Below, in pieces: positions 48,862 to 50,083 of a DNA stretch of 50,083 bases. The DNA is taken from positions 1-50,083 of the forward strand of contig JANMFM010000121.1 in the NCBI GenBank assembly GCA_031374125.1, written 5' to 3'. A program made the translations under genes and the position numbers. The notes beneath the pieces were generated by a model. It was given only the letters and a program-made list of their open reading frames with translations, did not search any database and was not told the origin of the DNA. The stretch's first letter is position 1. Each line of letters begins with the position of its first letter. The DNA is from Bdellovibrionales bacterium (GTDB lineage Bacteria; Bdellovibrionota; Bdellovibrionia; Bdellovibrionales; JAEYZS01).

Positions 48862-50083
48862 TTAAGCTGCAGGCGAAGAAGCGATCTTTTCTTTCTTGTG
48901 ACCGCCGCCGCCTGCCTTAGTCGATGTTTTCTTAGCCTTTGTTTTATCTAGGGCAATCGCAATTACATCGTTTAAGTATTTTACTGGAATGAAATTCAAT
49001 TCTTTTCTGAAGTCTTCAGGAATGTCCTTAAGATCTTTCACGTTTGCGAACGGAATGATCACGTCTTTTACTCCAAGTCTGAGGGCTGCAAGAGCTTTTT
49101 CTCGTAAGCCACCGATTGGCAATACTCTGCCTGTGATCGTTACTTCGCCTGTCATCGCCACATCGCCTCTTACCGGCACATCTGTGAACAAGCTGATCAG
49201 TGATGTCGCCATCGTGATACCTGCAGATGGACCGTCTTTAGGAGTCGCTCCCTCAGGTATATGAACGTGGAAATCATAAGTATCAAAAATCTTATCATCA
49301 ATTCCTAATTCTTTCGCGTTGGCTTTTGCGTAAGACATAGCTGCTGTCGCAGATTCCTTCATTACATCGCCCATTTGACCCGTAAGAACTAGTTTTCCTG
49401 TACCTTTCATCTTGATGGCTTCGATAAAGAGAACTTCACCACCCACAGATGTCCAAGCCAAACCGTTTGTTACGCCGATTCTATTTTGATCCATGTCTTC
49501 GTCTCTTTGATAGCGAGCTGGACCCAATAATTCTTCGACAACTTTTGCTGTAATAATTTTTTTCTTCACATTTTGCATGACAACGTCTTTGGCTACTTTT
49601 CTGCAAACACTACCGATCTCTCTTTCTAGATTTCTTAGTCCTGCCTCTCTAGTGTAAGCACTTATTAAGTGAGCAAGGCCTTCATCTGTGAATTCGATAT
49701 TTTCAGCAGTGATACCGTTGGCTTCAATTTGCCTTTCAACAACGTGCTTCTTTGCAATGATCACCTTGTCGTGTTCTGTGTAACCTGAAAGATTGATCAC
49801 TTCCATTCTATCTCTAAGAGCAGCGGGGACATTTTCTAGTACGTTAGAAGTAGCGATGAACATGATATTGCTCAAATCAAAGTCTACATTCAGGTAGTTG
49901 TCTCTAAAAGTTGCATTTTGTTCCGGGTCCAACACCTCGAGCATTGCTGCTGATGGGTCGCCACGGAAATCTGAACCCAATTTATCGATCTCATCGAGCA
50001 CGATCACGGCGTTCTTTGACTTTACTTGCTTTAATGCCTGAACGATTTTTCCAGGCATAGCTCCAACATATGTTCTTCTGTGA
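48862..50083 (-). CDS. lon: ATP-dependent Lon protease, 3' portion (the gene continues past the window end)
   Basis: The translation runs into the window edge as ...HRRTYVGAMPGKIVQALK..., then NAVIVLDEIDKL (Walker B), and the protease domain with PKDGPSAGITMATSL (catalytic Ser) and a downstream Lys region. Confidence 0.95.
   Translation of the reverse strand, partial: HRRTYVGAMPGKIVQALKQVKSKNAVIVLDEIDKLGSDFRGDPSAAMLEVLDPEQNATFRDNYLNVDFDLSNIMFIATSNVLENVPAALRDRMEVINLSGYTEHDKVIIAKKHVVERQIEANGITAENIEFTDEGLAHLISAYTREAGLRNLEREIGSVCRKVAKDVVMQNVKKKIITAKVVEELLGPARYQRDEDMDQNRIGVTNGLAWTSVGGEVLFIEAIKMKGTGKLVLTGQMGDVMKESATAAMSYAKANAKELGIDDKIFDTYDFHVHIPEGATPKDGPSAGITMATSLISLFTDVPVRGDVAMTGEVTITGRVLPIGGLREKALAALRLGVKDVIIPFANVKDLKDIPEDFRKELNFIPVKYLNDVIAIALDKTKAKKTSTKAGGGGHKKEKIASSPAA

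Overview
This is an origin-proximal chromosomal window from a low-GC bacterium. Gene content and order suggest a Bdellovibrionota or Bacteriovoracaceae-like predator, but that is inference only. It is densely packed with housekeeping genes. On the minus strand are atpZ-atpI-atpB-atpE, a TPR lipoprotein, gyrA, gyrB, recF, dnaN and dnaA. A DnaA-box cluster and an AT-rich tract lie in the dnaN-dnaA spacer, which is the candidate oriC. Coding strand switches to plus just right of it with rpmH-rnpA-yidD-yidC-jag-mnmE-mnmG-rsmG. After two parS palindromes come parA-parB-bactofilin and the F1/stalk part of the ATP synthase operon (b'-b-delta-alpha-gamma-beta-epsilon). These are followed by a secreted GH3 hexosaminidase, an acidic beta-barrel-like protein, mfd, and a nuo cluster holding only the seven membrane-arm genes (nuoA,H,J,K,L,M,N). 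The only clearly accessory stretch is about 43.3-48.9 kb, between nuoN and lon. It holds four things. (1) A HipA-family kinase lacking the N-terminal subdomain, followed by an overlapping gene that fuses a HipA-N-subdomain (HipS-like) domain to an XRE-type HTH; the pair is preceded by three perfectly phased 14-bp palindromes. (2) A decayed AAA+/DUF4143 ATPase pseudogene. (3) A patatin-like phospholipase. (4) A small excisionase-type HTH/coiled-coil gene bracketed by 24-bp perfect (35-bp imperfect) inverted repeats. I found no rRNA, tRNA or CRISPR array. All calls rest on reading the supplied translations and the DNA by eye; no searches were run.
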